From Octopus sinensis (Eukaryota): a stretch of 64,000 nt of DNA. This document shows, one piece after another, positions 24,921-36,849 of this stretch. The notes beneath the pieces are model-generated. The model was given only the letters and a program-made list of their open reading frames with translations, was not told the origin of the DNA and did not search any database. The position numbers and the translations under genes are program-made. The number at the start of each line of letters is the position of its first letter. Within the stretch, counting starts at the first letter, position 1. Where the stretch lies: assembly GCF_006345805.1 (NCBI RefSeq), contig NC_043009.1, positions 69,440,001-69,504,000 on the forward strand, in the 5' to 3' direction.

Positions 24921-25154
24921 TATTTCTTTACTACCCACAAGGGGCTACACACAGAGGGGACAAACAAGGACAGACAAACGGATTAAGTCGATTATATCGA
25001 CTCCAGTGCGTAACTGGTACTTATTTAATCGACCCCGAAAGGATGAAAGGCAAAGTCGACCTCGGCGGAATTTGAACTCAGAACGTAACGGCAGACGAAA
25101 TATCGCTAAGCATTTCGCCCGGCGTGCTAACGTTTCTGCCAGCTCGCCGCCTTG
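24921..25154 (-). mobile_element. tRNA-derived SINE, same family as 21703-21937
   Basis: Near-identical reverse complement; 14-bp TSD atgaagttaatact at 24907-24920 / 25155-25168. Confidence 0.92.
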
Positions 25155-25279
25155 ATGAAGTTAATACTGCTTCCAACAATTACCCAAGAGAGGCGGTACT
25201 ACTGCTACACATAGAAACATCTTAGTCAGTACCCGGGAAACCTCAAAACTTCTCTCACTACTGAATGACATGAAATGCT

Positions 25280-25570
25280 TTCTCCAAAACATACCAACAG
25301 TTCATCCTTAGTCGTTACATCTCCCCATTCTCCCTTTTCACTGCTACTAGAACACTCTCTCTTTATATAATCGGTTTGTCTCATATTCAGTTCACTTATT
25401 CCCTTCCATGCAATTCGTCTCTCCTCTTGTCCTTCATTTTGTAACAACCCCTCTGTCCACTCAGACTACTTTGCGTTTCTACCACAAAACATCACTTATT
25501 TGGAATTCCCTTACGTTCCATGATTTTGCTGTAACTGCCGAATTGCGACAGTTTAAGACTGGTCCTCAGG
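25280..25570 (+). mobile_element. Highly decayed LINE 3' end
   Basis: FYHKTSLIWNSL...F.....L..FK resembles the C-terminus of CR1/Jockey-group ORF2. Confidence 0.45.
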
Positions 25571-25654
25571 GCGTCAAGGTCTTCGGTACATCCCCAAACT
25601 ATTAAAAAAGTTTCAAAATCAAACCTTGGTAATGTCACAACTGTATTAAGCAAG

Positions 25655-25825
25655 GTGTATGCATAGATGTGTGGTCGAAGCATTCTTTTCACCTCCACCT
25701 AAATATGGGTTCAATCCCACTACGCGACACTCTGAGTAAGCGATTTCTATAAAAACCTCAAGTTGCCCAGTAACTTATGGTGGGGAGTTTGATAAATGTA
25801 AGCCGTGCAGAAGGCCGTCGTATAC
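25655..25825 (+). mobile_element. Degenerate tRNA-derived SINE
   Basis: tgtgtggtcgaagc (A-box-like) and gggttcaatcccact (B-box), ending gaaggccgtcgtata before a (CA) tract. Confidence 0.55.
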
Positions 25826-26439
25826 TTACATACACCCCACCACACACACACACGCTTGAGCATAGCGATACTTACAACTTGGTATTAGAACTCGATATGC
25901 TTCAGAAAGAAGAGTTAATCGAGTACAGAGCGGAATAAGAGATTCTAGAAATGACAAAGAAACAAAAACAATCTAATTAAACTTCATTACGTATTTCATT
26001 ACATGAAATGTCTTACATAATTTCTTGTTCCTTTGTCATTCATATATTCTCTTTTATATATTTATATATATATATATATATAATGTGTGTGTGTGTGTAC
26101 AAATGTATATATCTTTCTGTCTATGTATCTATCTCTTTCTCTATCTGTGTGTGGAAGGGTTGGTGTATTTATGCATGTATCTTCAACCGATTTATATCAA
26201 TGACAAATGTAGGGAAACATCAACAGCAAAAAGTGCTTTAAGAATAAGTTACTCGTATCGGGTTAGGCACGCTCTTTCGACTCTGACCACCAGAAATGCG
26301 GTGTACCAAAAATTAGTCCATTGGTATATATAAAATATAATAGTTTAAACGAAACGGCTGATCACAATTTTTGGAACTTCATCCGAACTGATTTTACGAA
26401 TTTTAGTAATTTATTTTGAAGATGCAAACCGTCACTATT

Positions 26440-27060
26440 TTTTAAGTCTGTAAAGCCAAGCTAATACTACGAATTTGATAATGACAAAGTTTGCTAAAAC
26501 TTTGTTTGAGGGTAAATGCAGAAGGTGTGGAAAAGGAGATGAAAGTATTAACCATCACTTGAGTAAATGCAGTAAACTAACAGAAAAAGAGTATAAGCAC
26601 AAGCACGACTATGTCGGTAAAAGATTGCATTGGGATTTTAGCCTAGTGTATGGATTCAAAGTAACAGACTATGATGAAAAATAATTACAAGAATTTGTGG
26701 GATCTCCTCATAAAACTGACCATACAACTGGAACAAGACGACCAGATGCTTACATAACCCCCCCCCCCCAGAAAAATCTATGTAAGACTACAGACTTTGC
26801 AATACCGTACAATAACAGGGTGGCTACCAAAGAAATAGAAGAAAATTGGAGAAATATCCAGGATTTAACCGGAGAGAAGAAGGGATTGTAGAAGACTAAG
26901 ATGACAATTATTGCTGTGATAACTGTGCCCTTGGTACAAAATCCAAAATGCTCTTAAAAGGGCCGGAGACTAATGGAATTGAGATATGCATAGCCAACCC
27001 GCAGGAAAGGGAAATCCTGTACCCTGCAAAGATTCTAAAAAAGATGCATGAGATTTGTTA
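26440..27060 (+). mobile_element. R4/Dong-like LINE 3' fragment (CCHC finger plus restriction-like endonuclease)
   Basis: CRRCGKGDESINHHLSKC...EYKHKHDYVGKRLHW, then TDHT..RRPD and DFAIP...KEIE..YQDL. Confidence 0.8.
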
Positions 27061-27682
27061 TCACAAAACATTGAGACAGCATCCATGCCGGCTAATGTAG
27101 CACGTAATCCTTTTACAGCTATTACCAATAAAAATAAGAATAACAGTTAAACTAACAAAAAAAATGATAACAGTAAAATAGCAAAAGAACCAGACACGCA
27201 AGAAGAAATGTCAGCGATCAGCATTACGAAGAGAAAGAAAGGCAAAAAGAAAGAAAGAGAAGAGACAGCTGAAGAAAGACACGGTTTGTGAGACGAAACC
27301 GTGGTCGTCCAGTTCCCCAAACTTTTAAAACATAGACGAATATAGAACAACTCTATGGCATTGGAACTCACGGACACGTACATAATTCCATATAGACGTG
27401 TACACTCATACACGTTGGCTCAAATACAAACACATTCACACATGCAACATCCTCTTGAAACTCGGACATGCGCACACAGCCTAAAGCCTGTGACAAACCA
27501 CGAATGTACGGTCTGTATTTCTAATACATAGATAACAACAATAAAAAAAATAATACACATAAGCGAATCGATAAAAACAAGATAGACTTGTCATTATTGA
27601 TCACAAAAGCATTAAGCAGATATATATATATGTCTGTCTGTCTGTCTTTCTGTCTGTCTGTCTGTATGTATATGTATGCATG

Positions 27683-27714
<32 letters not shown>

Positions 27715-27988
27715 CATGTATATATATATATGTATGCATGTATATATATATATGTATGTATGTATATATATATATGTATGTATGTATATATATATATATG
27801 TATGTATGTATATATATGTATGTATGTATGTATGTATATATATATATGTATGTATGTATATATATGTATGCATGTATACATATATGTGTATATATATATG
27901 TATGTATATGTACGCATGTATATATATATGTGTGTATATATATATATATGTATGTATGTATATATATATGTATGTATATGTACATATG

Positions 27989-28020
<32 letters not shown>

Positions 28021-28380
28021 ATGTACCCCACAGCATTAAACACGGAAAAGATAAGGGTGGATATTAGTTTCTTGTTTGTTTCTTTGTCTCATTCAACAAC
28101 ATTTAATTGCTTACAATTATAGAAGCTGTGCTCTATCAAATTGTCTACGCTAACAGATAAGACTCGGAGCCTAGAACTAGCACGAAGGGGTTAATGACAA
28201 TTAGCCAAAGCTCATGTTGGATCAGAGGAAATATTAACAATAACAAATAGTAAAAAAAGGAAAATAATAATATCAGTGATGATAATAATAATGAAAGGAA
28301 GCGTTTGGAATGATACATCTAGTGATGGTGTCACAATAAAAACACTGGTAATTGCGCAACCTGATAATCGTTACCTCATA

Positions 28381-29080
28381 TGAATGACAAGGAAAAAACA
28401 AAACATTGTGAATAACGGTGGTAATGAAACTGAAGCCCTTGATAGCGACAGTGTTACACCCGGCAGGCGCAGAGATACTGGTCCGACTCCAGCCTGCCGT
28501 TATCCAGCAAGGGACCAGCACACACGGTGTAGATGGAACAAACAAATCAATGCTGTGGTCATGGAGTGTTACCACTTGAGTAACTCCGTAGACGAAAATG
28601 GTATTCATCTTAGGGGATACCAATGCATTTAGTAATGGTGTCACAATAAAAATACTGGTAATTGTATGACCAATGGAGAGAAAGAGGATTGTTTTAAATC
28701 AAAGAACAGAGATTATGTGATCAAGTTAGAGTAATAAGAAAAAATCATTGGTTCACAGAAGTAGAGCTCGAAGCTATTAAAAGACGGGTTTTGGAAAATA
28801 GCAGCAGAGGAAACGATGAAAATACAGTTCCTACTGATAAAAGTAATCTCATAGCAGAAAACAGAGGTAAAATATCTAATAAATCACAGGAAAGGAACAG
28901 TGATAGTATGCTCGATGAGAGACATAGATGGTTTGGAAGAAGAGAACTATTGGTGACATGACAGATGGGCAAAAGGAAATCAACGACAGAATAAAGACAA
29001 GGCTGCAGGAGAACGATAGCGTCATTATTTGCAACCTTAAAAAGGTTGATCGGTGGAAATTGAACCTAGAACCGAAACAA
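28381..29080 (+). mobile_element. R4/Dong-like LINE N-terminal fragment
   Basis: RCRWNKQINAVVMECYHLS..RGY, then W.ERG.F..KEQRLCDQVRVIRKNHWFTEVELEAIK. Confidence 0.7.
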
Positions 29081-29082
29081 AT

Positions 29083-29222
29083 ATCTTAGGAATGAGAACC
29101 CAGGTTCGAAATTTCCCCAAGACACCCGATGAAGGCTGGAGGGCATAGCAACCGAAACGTTGTGTTAACAACAAACAAGATGAGGACAAATATCTGTCAA
29201 ATGTAAATAATGTAAATAATGT
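29083..29222 (+). mobile_element. Family-A hammerhead cassette (5'-truncated)
   Basis: 29121-29166: GACAC-CCGATGA-A-GGCTG..CAACC-GAA-ACGT-T-GTGTT; matches 38186-38540. Confidence 0.7.
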
Positions 29223-29917
29223 TCAAGATTTCTTGCCAATAGAAAAAGAATCTGTTTCTAACCCAGATCCAAGGTTCCTTCATCGGAATTTCAACATCAA
29301 CAACAGAGTTCTTTTGTATGTATGTATGTATGTAGGTATGTATGTATGTATGTATGTATGTATGTATGTATGTATGTATGTATGTATGTGCAGATTTGTA
29401 TGTTTTATCTATGTATTCCCGTGCATATAGTTACATATCTAGACATGCTCATATATATTTAAATATATTTAAAATTTCTGGAAAGTTTTACAGATTTTTA
29501 CAGTTCCAGTGATGGATTGGATCTGTAGTCTTCGAATTAGCTTTCTTTTCTGGTTTGAGAAGCCTAATTTCTCAAGACTGGTATGTATGTATTAGAATAC
29601 TGACATAAAATAAGTAATCTTAAGTTCGATATGGAAATTTTGGCAGGGGTACAAATATTTCTCTTGATTGATACTCTTCCAATCAATTTTCCTTCTTCTG
29701 CGATGCCAACACAGTCAGTGCAGCCAATCGAAATCCAACTTAACTGCTCAGTTAGACGATATACATAATATCATAGTAATTTGTCGAAAATTATCATAGC
29801 TGCAGGCAAGTGAAATATTTTTTGTTGAATATCAAACTTTGCATTAACCCCCCCCCCACCAAAACAGTGATGTTCTTTAGAGGCGAAGAAATATTCATAC
29901 ATACATATAGATATTTA

Positions 29918-29951
<34 letters not shown>

Positions 29952-31255
29952 CATGCACATACTCATACATACATGTATACATAGATTCAAAAAAGTGTAG
30001 GCTCTATGTCGTCGAAGGAGCAGACATCCTTGTTAGAACGAAGGGCTGCACCGGCCATCATAACTTAAGACAGAAATTTTTGCAAGTTGAATGCATCTCG
30101 GCAAATCTCTGTTATCGAACTAGAAAAACCTCATTTTCTAACAACATTAGACACAGTGTTTGATGCCTTTTTGCCCTTTCCCCATTTGACTATACTTACT
30201 AAGCATAATTATTTTAGATGTAAAAACCCAACATTAACAAAGTCTTCATCTAACGAATTGAAGAGCCATAACCTTTATTCGCCTTTTCAGTCAAAGTTTT
30301 CTTCCCGTAATTTTTCTCATTCTTTCGCATTTTCTCATAGAGTAGCTGTGTTATCTGAGCCTGAATTATTGCCAGATCGTGTGCGGTACACAATATAATT
30401 CCGTTCGACTACTGCACTATCTGAACATGAAACTTGAAGTAGCTCAAGTATAAATCCTGTATTCATTAATTGAATACTTTTTCTGACCTTATACACAAAG
30501 ATGCGCGCGCTCGTGTGGGTGTGTATACAATGATGACTTGCACATTTATAATACGCCCGAGTAGATTCGAGCGTGAATATGCTAATCGCTGTCATATATT
30601 GTTATTGGAGAACATATTGACAACTTCGAAGAAACTATGTCTGACCACCTAGAATAAAGAATTCTGAGAGTTAAGTCTGAGAGCGAATAAACATTTAATC
30701 CATAATCCTTAGTCCGACAATATGTATTTAGTTTCGTTTACGGAGCTTCGAGAAGGAAAGAACATAATTTAGAGGAGCTGATTTATAAATTACAGATGGG
30801 AAGAATGGAAAGTGTGTGTATGCATGTGTGTGTGTGTGTGCATGTGTGTGTGCGTGTGCGTATGTACGGACAGTTGGATGAATGGATATCAAAACAAGTC
30901 TGAAAAAACAATGTTGGTATTATTTATTCCCCGTTGCACGTGCTTCAGTTTTTGAATAGAAGTTAGAAAATTGTACATGTAGGAAAAAACATGTAAGATA
31001 TCTACATACCATATAGATATAATAAACAATAACGATGACGATGAGGAAGTAATAAATGGCTGCAGTCAATTGATTCGCTACTCAAATGGAAATAATGAGT
31101 TGAACGTTCGATAGAATACTTTATTTCTTTTCCGTATTAAACTGCATCATGCAGTTCAGACCGATTTCACAGGAGACAGGATGTCATAACCACTCACTCG
31201 TCGAGAGATTCTACGACTCGTCTTCAACATCCCTTCTTACAGTACAACATAGTCC

Positions 31256-31307
<52 letters not shown>

Positions 31308-32515
31308 TCTTTGAGAAAAAGAGGGGACGATACGAGGACAGAAAAAACAAACATTGGGGCCAGGGTATCGAATGAGACGAAACGTATGAATAAACAAACA
31401 ATTAAAATATATACAATTAAATGAGAATGCGTGATTAACAAAAAATGAAGCGGAGGGCGCGGTTGACCCCACAAACCACAGACTCACACTGAAGACTTTG
31501 CTTTCTCCTTTTTTACATTCTCGATTAAACAGGTTCTTTCACTCGCAACATACTTGCTGTAGACTTCCATCTTTTACGAAACACACTTTGCGACAGGCAT
31601 TTCTTCTCCAGCCTTATTTTCCGTTTCATGTGGAAAACGAAAAAGTCGATTAGCTCGAGACTGGAGATAAACATGCCTGTTGCAATTCCTTTCACTCTCG
31701 AGAAAGTTTGGCCCCACTATGTCAATGGTACTTTAGCTATTATGGCAATATAAACAATAAATTTGTCCTTGGCAAGATTTGAACTCCCAAAGCATAGTCA
31801 GAACAAATACCACAAGGCATTTTGTATGACGCTTTACCAGTGATACTAATTCTTAGCCCCATGAATAAACATATCTGATCAGAACCCGACTTTCCCAAAC
31901 TCAGAAGAACATACATCTTATTCACATAAAATTTCTGACAAGCTGGCTTACGCTAATTTTCTAAAATTATCAAAATTTTCTCAAGTGTCAATTTAATTTT
32001 CAAGTTCTTTATTCATGCTCCCGTTTTAAGAACACTTAATAATAAAAAATTGGATGGATTCATTAGAAATAGTGTCATATTTAGTTTAGTCAAACTTTTT
32101 CTTCCCAACAGAGAAATACACTATTTTGGCATAGTTTCAATTATTATTTGGTAATAAACCGAAAATTTTTTGAATAAAAGCTTTTTTGTAACTAAATTAC
32201 ATTTTTTCCCTCTTCTGGTTTTGTTTCTTGTAATGTTTTGCGCTGTCCAAAAGACTTTCAAAAACTTCAGCCTACCATTATTACATTATAATTTTAATAT
32301 CTTTACCACATTCTGTCTATTGTGTGTTTCCTGTTCTTGGTTCTCTTTTCACTTTAATTGTAAGATTTAATAAATATGTTTCTTTAAATAACGAAACAAA
32401 GACCCTTGAGGTGTTCTGAAATCGTTTCTTTTTTTCAAATTCAAATCAATATGATATATCTATAATTGATTAAGTAAATTGCAAAATAATAATAAAAACG
32501 TATATATTCCTCAAA

Positions 32516-32533
<18 letters not shown>

Positions 32534-32557
<24 letters not shown>

Positions 32558-32817
32558 TATCTACCTACCACATATATACATATACACTCATACATATATG
32601 TATATGTATTTAAATATGTCGAGTAGGCATAGCGAGACCAATAACAATGTTAGACGAGTCAAGAGTGGTAATAGAAAAGAAGGAGCTGACACTAGAAAAA
32701 CCAAACGCTATGGAATGAACTTCATTCGCTCAAGGCTGTATGTGTGCGCGCGTGTATGTGTATACATGTGTATGTTCATATAGGTGTGTGTTTAAGCATA
32801 TACTCATCTATGTATGC

Positions 32818-32852
<35 letters not shown>

Positions 32853-33131
32853 TATCTACCTACCACATATATACATATACACTCATACATATATGTATAT
32901 GTATTTAAATATGTCGAGTAGGCATAGCGAGACCAATAACAATGTTAGACGAGTCAAGAGTGGTAATAGAAAAGAAGGAGCTGACACTAGAAAAACCAAA
33001 CGCTATGGAATGAACTTCATTCGCTCAAGGCTGTATGTGTGCGCGCGTGTATGTGTATACATGTGTATGTTCATATAGGTGTGTGTTTAAGCATATACTC
33101 ATCTATGTATGCATATATATATATATATATA
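32534..33131. repeat. Tandem duplication, 295-bp period, bounded by (TA)n
   Basis: Unique text acacacacacatatctacctacc... starts at 32547 and 32842 and appears identical apart from (TA)n length. Confidence 0.92.
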
Positions 33132-34880
33132 CACACGTGCTTGAAAAGTATGTGTGTTTCTGCATATATAAAAGGCAGGGTGTTCCCAAATTAGCAGCGA
33201 AATTCTTCACTACTCAGCCTTGCTTGCAATTAACCGATGTTCTGAAAAACCAATTGAACATTAAGAGTTTGCAAGTTTTTATTCCCCCAAAATATCCCTG
33301 GATTAACATCAGCATAAAGCAATTTTTTACTTACATCCAGTTCTTATGTATAATAAACAATTATTTTCACTAGGATAAAAAAAAAAATTATAAAACTACA
33401 ACTAAAATTGTTTTGAGAATTGCTTATTTGTTAGATAAAACAGAAAACTCGTATATTGACCTAGAATTTAATAATTCGTGTATAATAGTGACAATTTAAG
33501 AAAATTTATTCAATAAGATTGGTATTTTTGAAAAATAAATGACCAGCAACAAGGAGAGCTGAAGACAAGCATCTCAGTACCCAATAAAGAAATGAAGAAT
33601 TATTATTCCAGTAGTTTTCTCAGAATCTTGTTGAATTAAGAGTTGTGCCTGAGAGTTTGGTGGTGTTGTTCATTCGGGGGAGAAATGACGAAAGAATTAA
33701 ACTTTATCGTGTGGCATAAATGGATCAATTCCTGGTGAAAATAATTAAAAAAAAAACGTGGAGAAAACATTGATGAATTGTAATCTGATTTGGAAATGTC
33801 TGAGGCGCAAAACAACTGATGATGAGAAAAACAAATCTGACATCGAAGAAGGTTTTGATAGATAAGTCTACACAACTTATGGCAGTATAGAATGCACAAA
33901 GCATGTAGATTCATTGCCTCGTTCATCAGCAGGCACATTCAGAGAATACAGGGATTTACTTCTATGAGAACATGGGGCTTGGCCGTATCATGTCGCTGAA
34001 GATGTCCTTATAGCAATAAAGTAATCATATGCTGCTTGCAAATGAAGAATGTTTGTAGAAATTCGAACTTGCGACTGACTCAATGCATTTTAAAGTGTTT
34101 AATCTTAGAATGTGAAGTTATATGCAACATATTATATTCCATAATACAAATCTTTCCGCCTAAACTAACGTCTTTTTTTCACTCTCAGATAAAGTTAGCC
34201 AACTTCAATTCCTTTCATTGCTGTAAAAGTACAACCAAGATGTATATAAACTCCATTTCCTTTCCACTCTCGATCAAGACGTTCTCACCTGTCAGAAGTT
34301 TCGGCAGCGGTATTCAAATCACAGTGAGACTTACAGAAACATTGAAAATATTAAAAAAATTCATTTTTCTGAATTATCGAAGAAATTGTGTCAGATCTTT
34401 TATTGAAATTATTGGCCTGCATTCAAAGGATTTTCAACAAGTCTTTTGACATGTTGGAAATATAAATTATAAAAGGAGTAACTTGATTCAATGTATAAAT
34501 GCCTCCCAGGTGAAAGATATAATTCTTTAAAATCCTTTGCTTAGGGATACGGATCTGCATTTGGCATAATCGGCTTATGTAGAACCCCCCCCCAACTTTC
34601 GTAAAGAGGAACTCTATTAAATCGATTAATAGGTTCGTATTAACTGATAAAAACTTGCAGTTAGTTTTAATAGTAGGAACCACAAAATTTGGACCATAAT
34701 TTGGCTATATTTTGTTCAGGAATAAGTAATTTCATTATTCTTATTTATTGATACTATACAGAAGTTAATGTAGGTGTGTACTCCGATCATGAAAAACATC
34801 GAAGTAATCTTTTTTAAAGCAAAGGAACTGCTTGTCTTTACAGGCTTATGATGAACATGGTTTCATTGTTTCTTCGCCTT

Positions 34881-35068
34881 CATCATCATCATCGTTTAAC
34901 GTCAGCTTTCCATGCTAGCATGGGTTGGACGGTTTTGTCTGAGGGCTGGCGAACCAGATGGCTGCACTAGGCCCCAATCTTGATCTGGCAGAGTTTCTAC
35001 AGCTAGATGCCATTCCTAACGCCAACCACTCCGAGAGTGTAGTGGGTGCTTTTTACGCGCCACCGGCA
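34881..35068 (-). mobile_element. SINE 3' part ending in a (GAT)n tail (RTE-type tail)
   Basis: Minus strand ggttggcgttaggaatggcatctagctgtagaaac...gcatggaaagctgacgttaaacgatgatgatgatg. Confidence 0.7.
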
Positions 35069-36849
35069 AAACTTAAAGATATTTCCAGACCAACCAAAAA
35101 TATGTTTGCCATCAACCGATCTCGATTAGTGAATCTTTTTAGACAAAAGATATCCTGTAATGAGAGTCACTTACATGTATAAGTATAGGAAAATTCTTAT
35201 AAGTTAGTTTATAACTTAATACTGCGGGCAAACATTTTTTCCTAAGTCTATCGTGTTTCAACTAAAAGCCTGCGGCTTGCTACTTTTCAAATAGGTTCCC
35301 TTCCTCGAGGTTATCCCATTTGCTCGAAACAATTTATACGTCATTAGTTACTCTTAACTTTTTCTTGTAGTACCTAAGTTTAAATTCTTTTCATTCAGGG
35401 CGATGAAGATCGTTTCATTCAATGTAACAAATTTTATCACTATTACACTAAAAGTACATTCGATATAGTTGAGTAAATATCGATGATTTGAATGTAACCC
35501 CACCCAGCAAAAAATGTGAAAAGTGAGAGAAAAGTAACAATAATCAAAGAATAGATGCAGAATTTTATCACTCAAAGCACTTAAAAGAAAAATCAATCAA
35601 CTCTTAAAAAAACTTGTTAAGGCAAATATTTAGAGAGTGTTGGGGTTGGAGGAAGGGTCAAACACTGGAGATCATAAGATTTTGGAATATACTATATTAA
35701 TCTTGCTTCTCAGCTTCTAACCTTCTTCTTCTTCTTGATGTTGCTGCTGTTACCATTGATGTTGTATCTATTGTTATTGATGTTGGTGTATGTCAGCTTC
35801 TGTCAAAAGATATTTGGACTATAAATTGGTTGTTATTACTCCAAATCAAACTTATGTCACGAAAATGTGTCATAACAGAACGGAAAGATATAAAGTGCAA
35901 AACAGCTAAAATAAAAAAAAACTAATAGTAGAATTTATTTTGAAGGAAAGGAAATGTGAAAAGGTACTCTCGTATGTTCAGGGTAACCTCTATCATATTG
36001 GATGTTAAGTATTTATAACAGAAACATATTGATTCGGGACTATCAGCTGATTAGACCATAGTTTTAGGGTTAGGGTTAGATTCAGCGGTATATGTATGCA
36101 TTCATACTTCTATATATTCATATGATGCACCCGACAGTTTGAATAAGAATTGAAGTAAATTTAAATATGAAATTTCATTGTGAAGGAATAACATTCCTTC
36201 TATGCTATTCATGTGCGGGGAAAAAGAGGAAGATAATCTTCTGATGAACCATTCCACAGTTTGTGAATCGCTCTTCAAAGGAGACGTATCCCGCTTCCTT
36301 CCCAATTTAATTGCATAGATCAACTGCTCTATAAGTAGTCATAAATTAGGAGAGCACCGTGGTGGATTGTCTAGTTTTCATATTTCTGCTTTTGACTCGA
36401 CCACCAAAAGAAGTGAGATCAGTGACAAAACCAAGCTCGCCATCTTGAATTCGTCATCATGAATCCTGGGTAGTGATCAAAAGAGTATGATTCCGAATAC
36501 AGGCGATGATAAAAAGGGTATTCTTCTGGTAGATCCCTGAAGTACTGTTATTCGTTAGAGTGCGTAGCTCGGTGATCAGAGAACTGTTTCAGGTTGAACC
36601 CCACCTTCTCTGCATTGATATGTCACAACTCCGGTACTAGAGGTGTAGTGATGGGTACTAAATATCTGATCGATAAGAAGGGGACAAAGATGCCTTTGAA
36701 TCTCTGTCAGGATTCACCGAAAGGAGGAGAGAGTGATGAATTCAGCAGCGCCAATCCAATTGCAAGTGAAAATGCTCACCGATTCATGATTAAAGAATTC
36801 TCGTGAGTCTGTAGGAATGAAACACTCTTCTGAAGGCGACATGAAAGCC

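Noticed and set aside
27264-27312. CTGAAGA...GAAACCgtGGTC hammerhead-like string
   Set aside because: Stem II does not close next to the core, stem I is offset, and a competing hairpin (cacggttt/aaaccgtg) sequesters GAAA
33540-33990. Coding-like segment
   Set aside because: Many stops and no recognisable motif; left unassigned
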